Shown piece by piece: positions 36,631-47,768 of a stretch of 64,000 bases of DNA. Under the pieces are notes generated by a model. It was not told the DNA's origin. It searched no databases and saw only the letters and a program-made list of their open reading frames with translations. Position numbers and translations under genes: made by a program. The DNA comes from Hydrolagus colliei. Taxonomy: Eukaryota. The stretch lies in NCBI GenBank assembly GCA_035084275.1, contig CM068742.1:21514001-21578000 (forward strand), in the 5' to 3' direction. Each line of letters begins with the position of its first letter. Position 1 is the first letter of the stretch.

Positions 36631-37829
36631 TTCTATGATTCTACGACATAGATTTTTAGATTCATAGAATTTTACGGCACAAAAGGAGGCCATTCGGCCC
36701 ATCTAGTCTGTGCCGGCTCTTTGAAAAGAGCAATTCAATCCGACTGCCCTGCCCGCTCCCCATAGCCTAATAGACCTGTTCTCCCTAAATAAAGATCTAA
36801 TTCCCTTTTAAAAGTTGTTATCGAATCAGCCTCCACCACCTTTTCAGGCAATGCATTCCAGATTCGAACAACTCGCTGAATGAAAAAATTTCTCCTCAGC
36901 TCCCCTCTACTTCGCCTTGAAACTATTTTAAATCTGTGACCACGAGTCACAGATTCGCCCACGAGTGCGAAATAGTTTTTCTCTATTTGCCCTGTCGAAA
37001 CCCCTCATGATCTTATAAACCTCTATTAGGTCTCCCCTCAATCTTCTCTGCTCCAGAGAAAATAACCCTAGCCTATCTAGCCTCTCCTCATAGCTGAAGT
37101 CCCTCAATCCTGGCACCATCCTAGTAAATCTTCTTTGTACCCTTTCCAATGTCTTCACATCCTTTCTGTAGTGTGGTGACCAGAATTGAACACAGTATTC
37201 CAGCTGAGGCCTCACCAAAGTTTTATAAAGGTTAGTCAGCACTTCCTGACTTTTGTACACTATACCCCTATTTATAAAGCCTAGTATCCCATATGCCTTC
37301 TTAACAGCCTTGTCTACCTGTCCTGCCACCTTCAACGAGTCACTAACACAAATCACCAGGTCTCTCTGTTCCTTCACACCATTTAAAATTGTACTATCTA
37401 GCCTATATTGCCTCCCTTCATTTCTTCTCCCAAAATGCATCACCTCACACTTCTCCGCATTAAACTTCATCTGCCATGTGTCTGCCCACTTTACCAATTT
37501 GTCTATATCCTCTTGCAGATGGCTACTATCCTCCTCACTATTTACTATTCTCCCTAACTTAGTGTCATCTGCAAACTTGGAAACTGTACTCCCTACACCC
37601 AAGTCCAGATCATTGATGTAGATTACAAAGAGCAGTGGTCTCAAAACCGATCCCTGTGGCACACCACTGCTCACTTCCCTCCAGTCTGAAAAACAGCCGC
37701 TCACTACAACTCTCTGCTTTCTGTCTCGCAGCCAGTTGTGGATCCACTCTGCCACTGTCCCTTTTACGCCGTGGGCCTTTAATTTCCTAATAAGTCTCTC
37801 ATGTGGCACTTTGTCAAATGCCTTTTGTA
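36631..37829 (-). mobile_element. CR1-type LINE, 5'-truncated, RT C-terminal half with a 293-codon open frame
   Basis: VPQGSVL, FVIYINDL, SKFADDTKL, LYKTLVRPQLEYCVQFWSP, RGDLIEVYKI and a (ttctatga)-type tail at 36631-36670. Inserted into the Penelope-like element. Confidence 0.94.
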
Positions 37830-37895
37830 GACAGTCTCTCTTTTGTTGCCCACAGATATAACTTGAAACTTCCCTCCAAAGAGAAACTTAAAAAT

Positions 37896-37934
37896 CTCTT
37901 TGAAAAAGCCACAGGAATTGGTGAAACATCGGAG
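37896..37934 (+). ncRNA. Minimal type I hammerhead ribozyme motif (degenerate) at the Penelope pLTR position
   Basis: CTCT-TTGAAAA-A-GCCA[CAGGAAT]TGGT-GAAA-CATC-GGAG. Stem I CTCT/GGAG, stem II GCCA/TGGT, GAAA box intact. CUGANGA reads UUGAAAA, and GAAACGTC reads GAAACATC. Confidence 0.6.
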
Positions 37935-37949
37935 GAGATACTTTTAGCC

Positions 37950-38860
37950 TTCCAGTTCGGAAAGCACCCCAAACCCCAGAGAGTCATGCTCCCCCTCCCC
38001 TGCTCTTCCCCCTTTTCTTTCTCTCCCTCTCTCTCTTTCTCGATTTTTCTCAGCCTTTTTTTTAGTTCCCTGGGCAGATAAGCACCGGAAAGCACAGAGT
38101 GGTAGGCTGAGAAACTGGGACCTTCGGATCCCCAAACAAAGCTCCAGCCAGAGGCCCAATCTCCCGGGGTAATCCCACTTCCCTTTTCTTTCTACACCTT
38201 TCTACACCCCACCTTCCAAAGCAACATGGTGCAGACTCCATGCAGATTGCAAAAACGCAACCGAACATACCCGAGTGAGGCAGGTGGGCCCCAAAATAAC
38301 ACACACGGGGACGCATTTACAAGGGCAGTCAGGGCCTTTTTTAAACTGATCCACATATATCATCACTTAATTTTTTTAAACAGTAATCCCGAACCCCCAA
38401 AAGGGATTCAAAACCAGGTAGAAAAGTTGACTGAGTTTGTTAAACCAGCCATACCGTCAGAAGGAACTCTCTGTAAATTGGCCAAAAATACAGCGATGTG
38501 GGCAAAATAGACCCGCAATATCCTAATCAAACATTATAAGATTAACATAATTGAACTAAATAATGGAATCAGGTCAATTGGACTAATAGCCCGAAAGGAA
38601 GAGACCTTCACAGTGGCATTCTCCTGGACAAGGAAAGCCCTAAAACAAAAATTTTAAATGTCGACCGCAGATCGGACAAGGCAGCACATTTTTTAAATTA
38701 GCAGAGCAGAAACCCCCCCACATAATAATAACACCCCAACTAACAATAATTTCAATAACACCAAATTTAACAACACCCCCACTAAGCGTACTCCCACCCC
38801 CACTCCCTGCAGTAAGAACTCTCCCGTCCCGACTAGACACAAATGGAATTCACTCCAATG
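37950..38860 (+). mobile_element. Penelope-like element, downstream unit: 5' region and ORF1 N-terminal part
   Basis: Frame 38226-38640: FKLIHIYHH...PPKGI...LTEFVKPAIPSEGT...N.A.WAK*TRNILIKHY. This resembles the upstream-ORF N-terminus I recall from fish Penelope-type elements (recalled, not searched). A P/N/T-rich linker follows. Confidence 0.6.
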
Positions 38861-38959
38861 TGTCTGTACACTTGCACCTAGATATTGGACCGGCGGCATC
38901 TCAACCGCCGACAGTGACGGTAGGTGCTTGGGGTGTAGCGAGAGCCCCTAGGACAATAC

Positions 38960-39810
38960 AGGCTAACTCCACACCCTTCCTCTCCCACCGACTTCACTTA
39001 GTCTCCTCCAACGGCTTCTCTTCCAGCCCCTGCACAGTCACATGCGGCGTTCCCCAGGGTTCTGTCCTTGGCCCCCTGCTCTTCACCCTCTCCACTCTCC
39101 CCCTGGGCGACATCATCCACAGACATGGGTAAATTTCCACATGTATGCGGATGACACCCAACTCTACTTATCCGCGTCAACCCTCGATTCCAGGATCACT
39201 GGTGTTCTGACTGCATGTCTGTCCGACATTGAGTCGTAGACGAGGGCAAATTTCCGACAACTCAATGTCAACAAGATGGAAGCCCTCCTGATTGGCTCAC
39301 GTCAGTGCCTCCACACCTCAGGCGCTGATAACATCAGCGTCCAAGGCTGTTCTCTCCACCTCTCGAAGCCAATCAGGAATCTGGGCATCTTGTTTGACCT
39401 CGAACTAACCTTCCTCCCCCACATCCGCTCTGTGACCAGCACAGCCTTCCATCACCTCCGCAATATTGCCAGAGTCCCCCATTACCTCACCCCCCACATC
39501 CATGCCTTTATCACTTCAAGGCTCGACTATGGGAACTCTCTCCTCATCGGCCTCACCAGCTCTTCGCTTCACAGGCTGCAGATCATTCAGAATTCTGCAG
39601 CTCATATACACTCCCGTACCAGGCTTCGCAACCACATCACTACCACCCTCGCCTGTCTCCACTGGCTCCCTGTCACCCAGAGGATCGAAGTCAAGATCCT
39701 CATCCTCACTTTCAAGGCCATTCACGGCCTTGCCCCCGCCTATTTCTCTGACCTGCTGTCTCCCTATCAGCCTGCCCGCACCCTCCGTTCAGCAGACTCA
39801 GGCTTGCTCC
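38960..39810 (+). mobile_element. L2-type LINE RT fragment inserted in the Penelope-like ORF1
   Basis: [47 protein letters not shown]. Confidence 0.9.
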
Positions 39811-40228
39811 GTGGGCGAAACGCGGCAGCCAAATTGCGCACAGCAGTGTCCCATAAACAGTTGCAGATATGGGGCCAGAGGAGAAAGGGGGAAAAGAAGG
39901 CGGGGGGGGAGAGGGAGAGGAAGGGAAAGGTGGTGTAGAGCAAAGTCAGGGAGGAAGAGGGGGAGAGAAAGGGGGGGGCAAAGGAGAGAGGGAGGGAAAG
40001 GTGGATGGGGGGCAAAATCAAAGGGAAAAGGGGCCAAGAGGAAGAGAAGGGGAAAAGGGGGAAGAGAAAGTGGGGAAAGGGAGTGCGGGAAGAAGATGGG
40101 GGCGGGGGAAGCCCAGGGAGCAAGGGGGGGATCAAACAACAACAATAAACAACAAAATCAACAACAATAAACAACAAAAGCAACAATATTAACAATAAAA
40201 TCAATAACAATCGACAACTAACAATAAT
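39811..40228 (-). repeat. Deu-SINE core fragment, GA-rich tract and (AAC)n tract
   Basis: GTGGGCGAAACGCGGCAGCCAAATTGCGCACAGCAGTGTCCC, then a purine-rich block (39870-40130) and (aac/aat)n (40133-40228). Confidence 0.75.
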
Positions 40229-40489
40229 CCAGTTCCTTCTCCCCGCCGCCTGCCCGGACGGTCTTCAAAACTGCGGGAAACAGAGCCCAGTGTGGTGAGA
40301 GGCCCCAAAACCTACTGGCTCCTCAGCTGGTGTACCTGGTGACTTGGTGACGGCCCTGGTACCTCGGACACGGCTTGTCTGGCCAGCTCGCACAGCAGCA
40401 GCAGCAGCAGCCTGATTGCCGGTCACAGGATCAGGGATGGAGATGGGAATTTCTCCCCTCCATGCCCAACAGGGAATTGATAAGAACTG

Positions 40490-40970
40490 ATCAAAAAATT
40501 AAATACAGTAACTGTCCACAAAAGGACAGATCGTAAAAATGCAGACGGGATATTAAAACCCTCAAAACCAGTCATAATAATTGGGGACAAAAACCTCACA
40601 ATAACAGGTTGTCCAAATGCACACACACAGGAGCAGGCCTTTCCAGAGGCAAACTTCCATCATGTGCATAAAATGTTAAAACAAAATCAAACCCTGTGAG
40701 GAGATCAGGCAGGACATTTTCTCCCTCGGTTTCCACAACCTGGGTCAGCAACCAAAGACTGCCATTAAATAATTGAAGGCTATGTTAAAAAGGGCCAGGC
40801 AAGGTTTCCCCAAAGTAGAAATCCTTGTCTCAGAAAGTAATTTTAGCCACAATTTAAACAAAAAAGAAAGGACTACCTTAGAGGAAGTCAATACATTTAT
40901 TGAAAAGACAAGATTAAAAACAATAACACCCAATGGATTAAATTCCTAGTAAAATAGTTAAACAGGGAAG
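40490..40970 (+). pseudogene. SGNH/GDSL-esterase-like ORF1 C-terminal domain of the Penelope-like element
   Basis: VTVHKRTDRKNADGILKPSKPVIIIGDKNL (block I, IIGDSN-like), QAFPEANFHHV (SFPGA-like), then after a frameshift IFSLGFHN (block III), KTAIK*LKAML..A...FPKVEILVSE.NFS.NL...E...L..VNTFI. Contains stops. Confidence 0.65.
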
Positions 40971-41014
40971 CCGACAAAAATAAATCCCGACCGCAACTCT
41001 AAAATCCAGCCCCC

Positions 41015-41514
41015 AACACGAACCCCAACCCTAGCCCTAACCCTAACATAAACCCCAACCCTAACCCTACACCCCAACTGGAAACCTAACCCCTAACCCC
41101 AAATCCTAACTCCCAAACCGAACCCTAACCCTTAACGTGAACCCTAATATGACCCCTAATCCTCGTCCCGAAACCTATCCCCCCCCAAACCTTTCTCCCT
41201 CACAAAAAAAATATCCTTACTTAAGGAAAGAAGCAAACACATTCATGAGCCCAAACGAAATTTGACAAAACCCCAGCCCAGGGGATTATCGGGAAAACAC
41301 AAGACAAGTGTATCATGATCCCCAAAATTTATAAAACCTAACCCTAACCCTTAGGATGGCGTGAAAACTTTTACCAATACCAACACCAATACCCTAACTC
41401 TAACCCTAACTAACTCTAATCCTAAGGATGGATACTAACCCTAAGGACTCCCTAATCCTAATCCTAACCCTAAGAATGGAAACCCTAACCCTAAGGATGG
41501 AAACCATAACCCTA
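41015..41514 (+). repeat. Degenerate (CCCTAA)n-like tracts flanking a Penelope ORF2 N-terminal fragment
   Basis: Tracts at about 41015-41160 and 41337-41514. The intervening 41172-41342 is a direct repeat of 35938-36092 (CCAAACCTTTCTCCC...CCCCAAAATTTATAAAACCTAAC). Confidence 0.85.
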
Positions 41515-42440
41515 GGTGGAGTATGCATCCATGGATGCTGATGCTGCCATTGTCTGAGGTGCAGGTGTGAGCCAATCAGGAGGGCCTTGTTCTTGCTGAC
41601 GTTCAGCTGTAGAAAGTTGTCTCTCATCCAGGACTTGATGTCTGACAGGCAGTCTGTCAAGACATCAGTAGTCCTGGAATTGAGGGTGGAGACAGAGATA
41701 GAGTTGGGTGTCATTCGCGTACATGTGGAAATTTACCTTATGTCTCTGGATAATGTCACCCAAGCATATAGAGGTTAAAGAGGAGGGGACCGAGAACAGG
41801 GCCCTGAGGAACACCTGAGCAAAAGATGGTGTGGGGGCTGAAAGAGAAACAGTTGGCAGAGACAATGTGTGAGATAGATACGACATGAACCAGTCAACGA
41901 CAGAACCTTGAAGGTTGAGGTGAAAGGAGAGACAGTGGAGGAGGATTGACTGGTCCATGGTGTCAAAGGCGGCAGAGAGGTTGAGGAGGATGAGGGAACA
42001 GAGGGAGCCCTGGTCACAGATGGACAGGATGTCATTTGTCAACTTGACTACGGCTGTTTCCGTGCAATTACAGGTGTTCGTAAAGAGAGTGGCCAGGGGG
42101 GAAGGAGTGAAGCTGGGAAGCAAAAACCCTTTCAAGGACTTGACCAGAGCAGTTTCCGTACTGTGAGCTGTACAGATTCCCTCAATTTTGGACTCAAGGA
42201 GATCCAGAATCTCCTCACAATCAAAATCAGAGGAGGGAATAGGCAAAGCATGGGGAGGTCGACAGAGGAGCCGGTTGTATTGTGGAGAATAGGAGTCTGG
42301 GGTTGCCATTTGTCTCCCAAGACAATTGGACGGAGTGGGAGGAGAGGAAAGAGCAAAGCTGGGAAGCAACGACTCTTTCAAGGACCTTAGGAAGAAAAGG
42401 CAGGTTGGAAATGTGCGGTAATTGGAGAGCAGGGATGCAT
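41515..42440 (-). mobile_element. L2-type LINE derivative with internal deletions
   Basis: HSTETALVK / TETAVVKLTNDIL, LLNLSAAFDTMD, YANDTQLYL, RDNFLQLN. Confidence 0.82.
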
Positions 42441-42467
42441 CCAGGAAAGTTTTCTTCAGGATATGGG

Positions 42468-42965
42468 TTATTGTGGAGTCCTGTACCTCAGTGTTTAGAA
42501 CACTTGACCTGCAAGCGAGAGACCTGGGTTTGATTCCAGGCAGGGCAAAACCTTGGGCAACTTATGTTACTCCACTTGTCTAACTACAATAATAAAATTG
42601 GTCATTTCAAACCACGACTGTTTGTGGGAAACTTGCTGTGTGCAATTGCCTGCTGCGTTTCACCCACAAATATACAATCAATTCACTTTACAGTATATTT
42701 AGTGAATCGCTTTCAGATGTCTAGAAGACTATATCAAATTCAAGGATTATTATTATTATTATTAATAGTAATCCCTGAAAAAAACAATAATAAATTGATC
42801 ATTTCAATCCACGACTGTTTGTGGGACACTGCTGTGCACAATTGGCTGCTGCATTTCACCCACAAAATATACAGTCTATATACTTTACAGAATTCTGTGA
42901 AGGGCTTTGAGACATCTAGAAAATGTGAAAACTGCTATATCAAATGCAAGGATTATTATTATTGT
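42468..42965 (+). mobile_element. Two tandem tRNA/Deu SINEs
   Basis: Head GGAGTCCTGTACCTCAGTG...GGGTTTGATTCC, two Deu cores and two GGATTATTATT tails. Confidence 0.82.
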
Positions 42966-42974
42966 GGGTGTTTT

Positions 42975-44060
42975 GAATCAGATGGGAACGGTACTGGATG
43001 ATAGGGAGAGATTAATGTTGTCGGAGAGTAGGTGGGGGGTAGGGTGCAAGGAGTTAGAGCTGGGAGGTGATTAGAGGGGTGGCAATGGGGTCAAGGGATC
43101 AGGTAGTGGGCTTCATAGGCGATGGGTAGGGGTCAGAGTATAGGGCAGAGATGGGGATGGATTAGCAGTTGGGAGGGCAGAGGCAGCTGAACAGATTCCC
43201 TGAATTGTGGACTTGAGGAAATCCAGCATCTCCTCACAATGAGTTAGAGGAGAGAATAGGCGATGTTTGAGGGGGTGGATGAAGGAGCCAGTTGGTTGTG
43301 GAGAATAGGAGCCTGGGGTTGCCCGGCACCTCCAAGAAGGACAATTTGGTGGAGGTGAGAGCAGAGCGATCAGTTTTGATGTGATCCAAACAGATATGCC
43401 AGTGGACCATTAGGTCAGATTTGAGGTAGCTGGTGAACCAAGGTGAGGTTCATGATTAGGAAGTAGTTTGGCGAAGTGAGGGGGCAAGGAATCGGGGGTA
43501 GTGGAGAGGGTAGTATGTAGGAGAGTATGTGAGAAGGACAGGTCGGTGCTAGATTTAGGCCAGAGGGGGAGGAGTTCAGATCGACTCCAGGACTGCATAG
43601 AGGGATTGTGGGGATATTTTCTTCCAGGGACAGTAGAGGATGGAGGTGCATTTGGTGGAGATGGGAAGAGGGATTGAGGAGTTAAAGGAGATGAAGTGGT
43701 GGTCGGAGATGGCCTTGTCAGTGACGGTGATATCCAAGACACTACGGCCCCAGGTGATCACCAGGTTGAGTGGGTGGCCATGAAGGTAGGTGGCGGAGTG
43801 GATGTGGAGGGAGAGGTTGAGAGAGGAGAGAAGAGTAGAGAGGGGAAGTCTGAGGAGATCGAGTAGGAAGGGGATGAAGTGAAGGTTGTAGTCGCTAAGG
43901 ACGAAGAGGTAATCGGAACAGAGGCAGAGGGAAGTTAGGAGGGTGGAGATAGCGATGATGAAAGTGGGGAGATTTGGGGGATTTTGAGGGATAGATTTGA
44001 GGGACACACCAGCGCCACGGTAGCGGCCAAAAGGTTATACAAGTGTAATTTGTTGTTATT
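42975..44060 (-). mobile_element. L2-type LINE endonuclease region
   Basis: Minus frame with GRYRGAGV, LSDYNLH (GDFN-like), ATYLHGHPLNLVIT, ISDHHFI. Confidence 0.78.
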
Positions 44061-44284
44061 GTTTGTTACAACTCTCATACAGTTTGGCCAGAGAAAAAGT
44101 GTTTGATGGTGGGTCCAAATGTAGGAACTGGAGGTAAAAAGGACTGACTCTGTGTTTCAATGCAATGATTCATGCCCAAATTAAACTTTCCACTTGTTAC
44201 CAACTTAAGTTTGCAGGCAGTTGAATATGGCATACTATTTTCCTTGAGAGTGACATAATAACTATGTTTCATTTATGCTTTAAG

Positions 44285-44397
44285 GTTCATTTGTGGATGG
44301 AATTACAGAAGGAGAAATTGAGATGTCAATTGGAAAGATTGAGGCTATTCGGTTATCTATTCAGACAGAATCCCCTGTTTGGGTATTACTGAGTGAG
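44285..44397 (+). CDS. MGAT4B-like: MGAT4-family penultimate coding exon
   Basis: gctttaag|GTTCATTT...AGTGAG|gtaaaa. (G)SFVDGITEGEIEMSIGKIEAIRLSIQTESPVWVLLSE versus MGAT4B GSFYKGVAEGEVDPAFGPLEALRLSIQTDSPVWVILSE. 113 nt, phase 1 to 0. Confidence 0.95.
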
Positions 44398-44589
44398 GTA
44401 AAATTTAACTTGTTTCACAGAAATGCTTACAAAGCTATTATTGTGAAATATTTACTGTTTTACCATGATTTTCTCCTAGGAAAAGAGCACAAATAATTTA
44501 TTGGCAGAAATCCCACCACAATCCTACAAGCGTGCTGAAATGTAGGAGTGAAAATTGTTGTTTCTTAATAGAATTGAGGCCCAAAACTC

Positions 44590-45990
44590 CACCTTGTGTC
44601 CACTCTTTCCTCTCAAACCACTCACTCCTCGAACCCCTCCGATCGGTTTCCGTGCTTCCCACAGCACAAAAACTGCTCTGGGCAAGGTCACAAATTACAT
44701 CCTGACCATCTGTGACCAGGGCTCCCTCTGCCTCCTTGTCCTCCTCGACCTATCTGCTGCCTTCAACACCATAGACCACACAATCCTCCTCCACCGCCTC
44801 TCCTCCCTCCTCAACCTTCAAGGCTCTTTCCTTGACTGGTTCCAATCATATCTCTCCCACCGCCTTCACTTCGTCTCTTCCAACGGCTTTTCCTCCAGCT
44901 CCCGCACTGTCACATGCAGCATTCCCCAGGGCTCTGTCCTTGGCACCCCCTGCTCTTCACCATCTGTATGCTCCTGGGTGACATCATCCGCAGACATGGG
45001 GTAAATTTCCACAGGTATGCGGATGACACCCAACTCTACCTTTCTGCACCCACCCTCAACTCCAGGATTACTAGTGTCCTGACTGCATGTCTGTCCAACA
45101 TTGAGTCCTGGACGAGGGCCAACTTCCTCCAACTGAACGTCAATAAGATGGAGGCTCTCCTGATTGGCTCGCGTCAGCGCTTCCATACCTCAGGCGCTTA
45201 CAACATCAGCATTCAAGGCTGCTCTCTCCACCTCTCGAAGCCAGTCAGGAATCTGGGCGTCTTGTTTGACCACAAACTGTCCTTCCTCCTTCATATTTGC
45301 TCCATGACCGGTCCAGCCTACCACCACCTCCACAATATTGCCAGACCCCGCCACTACCTCAACCCCCCACACTGCTGAAACACTTATACACGCCTTTGTC
45401 ACATCGAGGCTCGACTACGAGAACTCTCTCCTTGTCGGCCTTCCCAGCTCCTCTCTTCACAGGCTGCAGAACATTCAGAACTCTGCAGTTCGTATACTCT
45501 CCCGCAGTAGGCTCCACGACCACATCACTCTCACCCTAGCCCATCTCCACTGGCTCCCCATCCCCCAGAGGATCAAATTCAAGATCCTCGTCCTTACCTT
45601 CAAGGCCATTCACGGACTTGTCCCCGCCTATCTGACCTGCTGTCTCCCTATCAGCCTGCCCGCTCCGCTCAGCAGACTCTGGTTTGCTCCGCGTCCACCG
45701 CCCTAACTGCCAAACCATCGGTGGCCAAGCTTTCAGCCTCTCTGGCCCCACACTCTGGAACTCCATTCCGTAATCCCTTTGCCTCACCTCCTCCTTTTCC
45801 TCCTTCAAGGCCGGTCTCAAGACCTTCCTCTTCGACTGCGCCTTTGGCTCCCCTCCTAACTCTTCTCCCTCTCCTATTCTCCTTCTCCCTACCCCAACTC
45901 TCCCTCCCCCTGCTCGGGTCCTGACCTGATTGTTCAGCGCCTCCTGACATGAAAGGTGCTCTATAAATGTAATTTTGTTGTTGTTAGCCA
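44590..45990 (+). mobile_element. L2-type LINE RT to 3' end
   Basis: [51 protein letters not shown] and a (ttg)n tail at about 45975. Confidence 0.92.
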
Positions 45991-46522
45991 CTGTGTCTAG
46001 AATTATTTTGGGTTATAATTTCATATGAATTAATCAGGAAACTGTTTTACTGCAGTTCTTAATAAAAACCAGTTTGATATCAAGACTTTTCCACAATCCT
46101 GTGTGATTTGAAGTTTTAAGACAGATTGGTTTTACAGGTTCACACCTTTGCTATTTTAACACATCGAATCTTGCTCAGAAACCATGCAATCTCTTGTCAA
46201 TAGAGCTGCTGAAAAAAAATCTAAGGGTGTGAATTGTCTCAAATTTAGCCCAATGGTTGGACCCGAAACCGGTGTCAATGATTTCAGCATTGCTATTATT
46301 ATTGCAAAGATCAGTGGAACTTCACACAAATTGAGTGAAACAACAATCAAAACCCAGATAATTTTAAACCTGTGATATTCTGGTTTGTTTTGCCTAATGG
46401 TGATCCACAAATCCACTGGAAAATAACAGTTCCACCTACCTCACCATTCAGGCATTCAGCTTATCTGCCCTATTCTCTGGAATCCCTTCGACTCACCCCC
46501 TCTCTTACCTTCTTGAAGACTT

Positions 46523-47003
46523 TAACAACAACAACAACTTTGATTTATATAACGCCCTCCATGCTGGACGGTATCTCAGAGCGCTTCACAGTAGCAAATC
46601 CCGGGACCGAGCCAGGGGCAGGAGTAGAAAGGTGACCAAAGGCGCAATCGAAGAGACAGGTGTTTAGTTGTGATCTGAAACAGGGAATAGAGGGGGCGAA
46701 GCAAAGGGAGTGAGGAAAGGGAGTTCCAGAGCCTCGGGGCGTAGTGGCTGAAGGTACGGCCGCTGAGGGTGGAGCAGAGGATTCGGGGGACATGGAGGAG
46801 GCCAGACCCGGTGGGGCGAAGGTAGCAGATGCTGGTTTGGGGAGAGAAGAGATCAGAGAGGTAGGGGGGTGCAGAAGAATGGAGGGATTTGTAAACAAGG
46901 GTGAGGATCTTGAAGTTGATCCTCTCAGGGACAGGGAGCCAGTGAAGTCTGGCAAGGACTGGGGTAATGGGGGAGCGAAGTTTGGTGCAAAGTTTCCTGT
47001 TTG
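46523..47003 (-). mobile_element. L2-type LINE 3' fragment
   Basis: (aac)n tail, FSHYAPRLWNSL and [24 protein letters not shown]. Confidence 0.88.
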
Positions 47004-47768
47004 ACCGTTCTTTCAGCCATCCTTTCTCCTCTTGTCCCCTCATTCCCCCACTCCGACCTTGAATGCAAATCTTAGACTGTTCAACACCTTGGGACATCCT
47101 TCTGACATGAAAACTGCTGTATAAAGATAAATTTCAGCCTTTTCAGCCCATTGAGTCTGTTCTGCTAGTTTAGTCAATCATAATAGATCTATTAATCCCA
47201 TTCCCCTACTCTTTCCCTATAATTCTTCTTTCCTGGACACCTACCTATTTCTCTTTTCTTATTGTCCCAAATGTTTCACCCTTTGCAGACATATTCCAGT
47301 ACAGTCCATATTTTCAATATCAACACCAACTTGCATTTATATCACGTCTTTCAAGTAGAATAGTGTGCCTGAGTGCTTAAAGAAATGTTTCATGACCATA
47401 TTACATGCAATCATTTCATAAGGACACAATCATTTCTTGCAACAGGAGTACATTAAAAGAAAACTGCATGGTTGTTGAATGACAAAAGAGGGAACAGAAG
47501 CGAGTAAGGAGATGGCCTCTTAAGAAAAAATAATTAGGCTTCAGATTTTTAAACTAAATTCATGTAATTTTTTTGAGTGGAAGTTAACATTATCATATAC
47601 ATGTATTACATATAAAGTTGATGTGAATATCTTATTTGTGTACACATTTCTAGCTCATTCTTTTGAGTAATTAAATAAATGTGTGTTTTCCAGATTTTTT
47701 GTTAATTGTTATTGTGTGTGAATGTGTGTGTGTGGAGAGGGAAGGGAAGAATAGATTACATTAATAAT

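Noticed and set aside
38583-38606. CTAATAGCCCGAAAGGAAGAGAC, resembling a hammerhead with a GAAA-capped stem II
   Set aside because: Both core boxes are broken, no stem I is evident, and it lies inside the ORF1 reading frame.
41015-41514. Interpretation as a chromosome-fusion interstitial telomere
   Set aside because: The arrays are short, degenerate, single-orientation and tied to a duplicated retroelement segment, with no head-to-head TTAGGG/CCCTAA junction.
47694-47705. Alternative terminal exon ttttccag|ATT TTT TGT TAA (IFC*)
   Set aside because: The acceptor is plausible, but 48149-48172 (IFIKTTT*) matches the MGAT4B end IFLKKAD* better in length and sequence.
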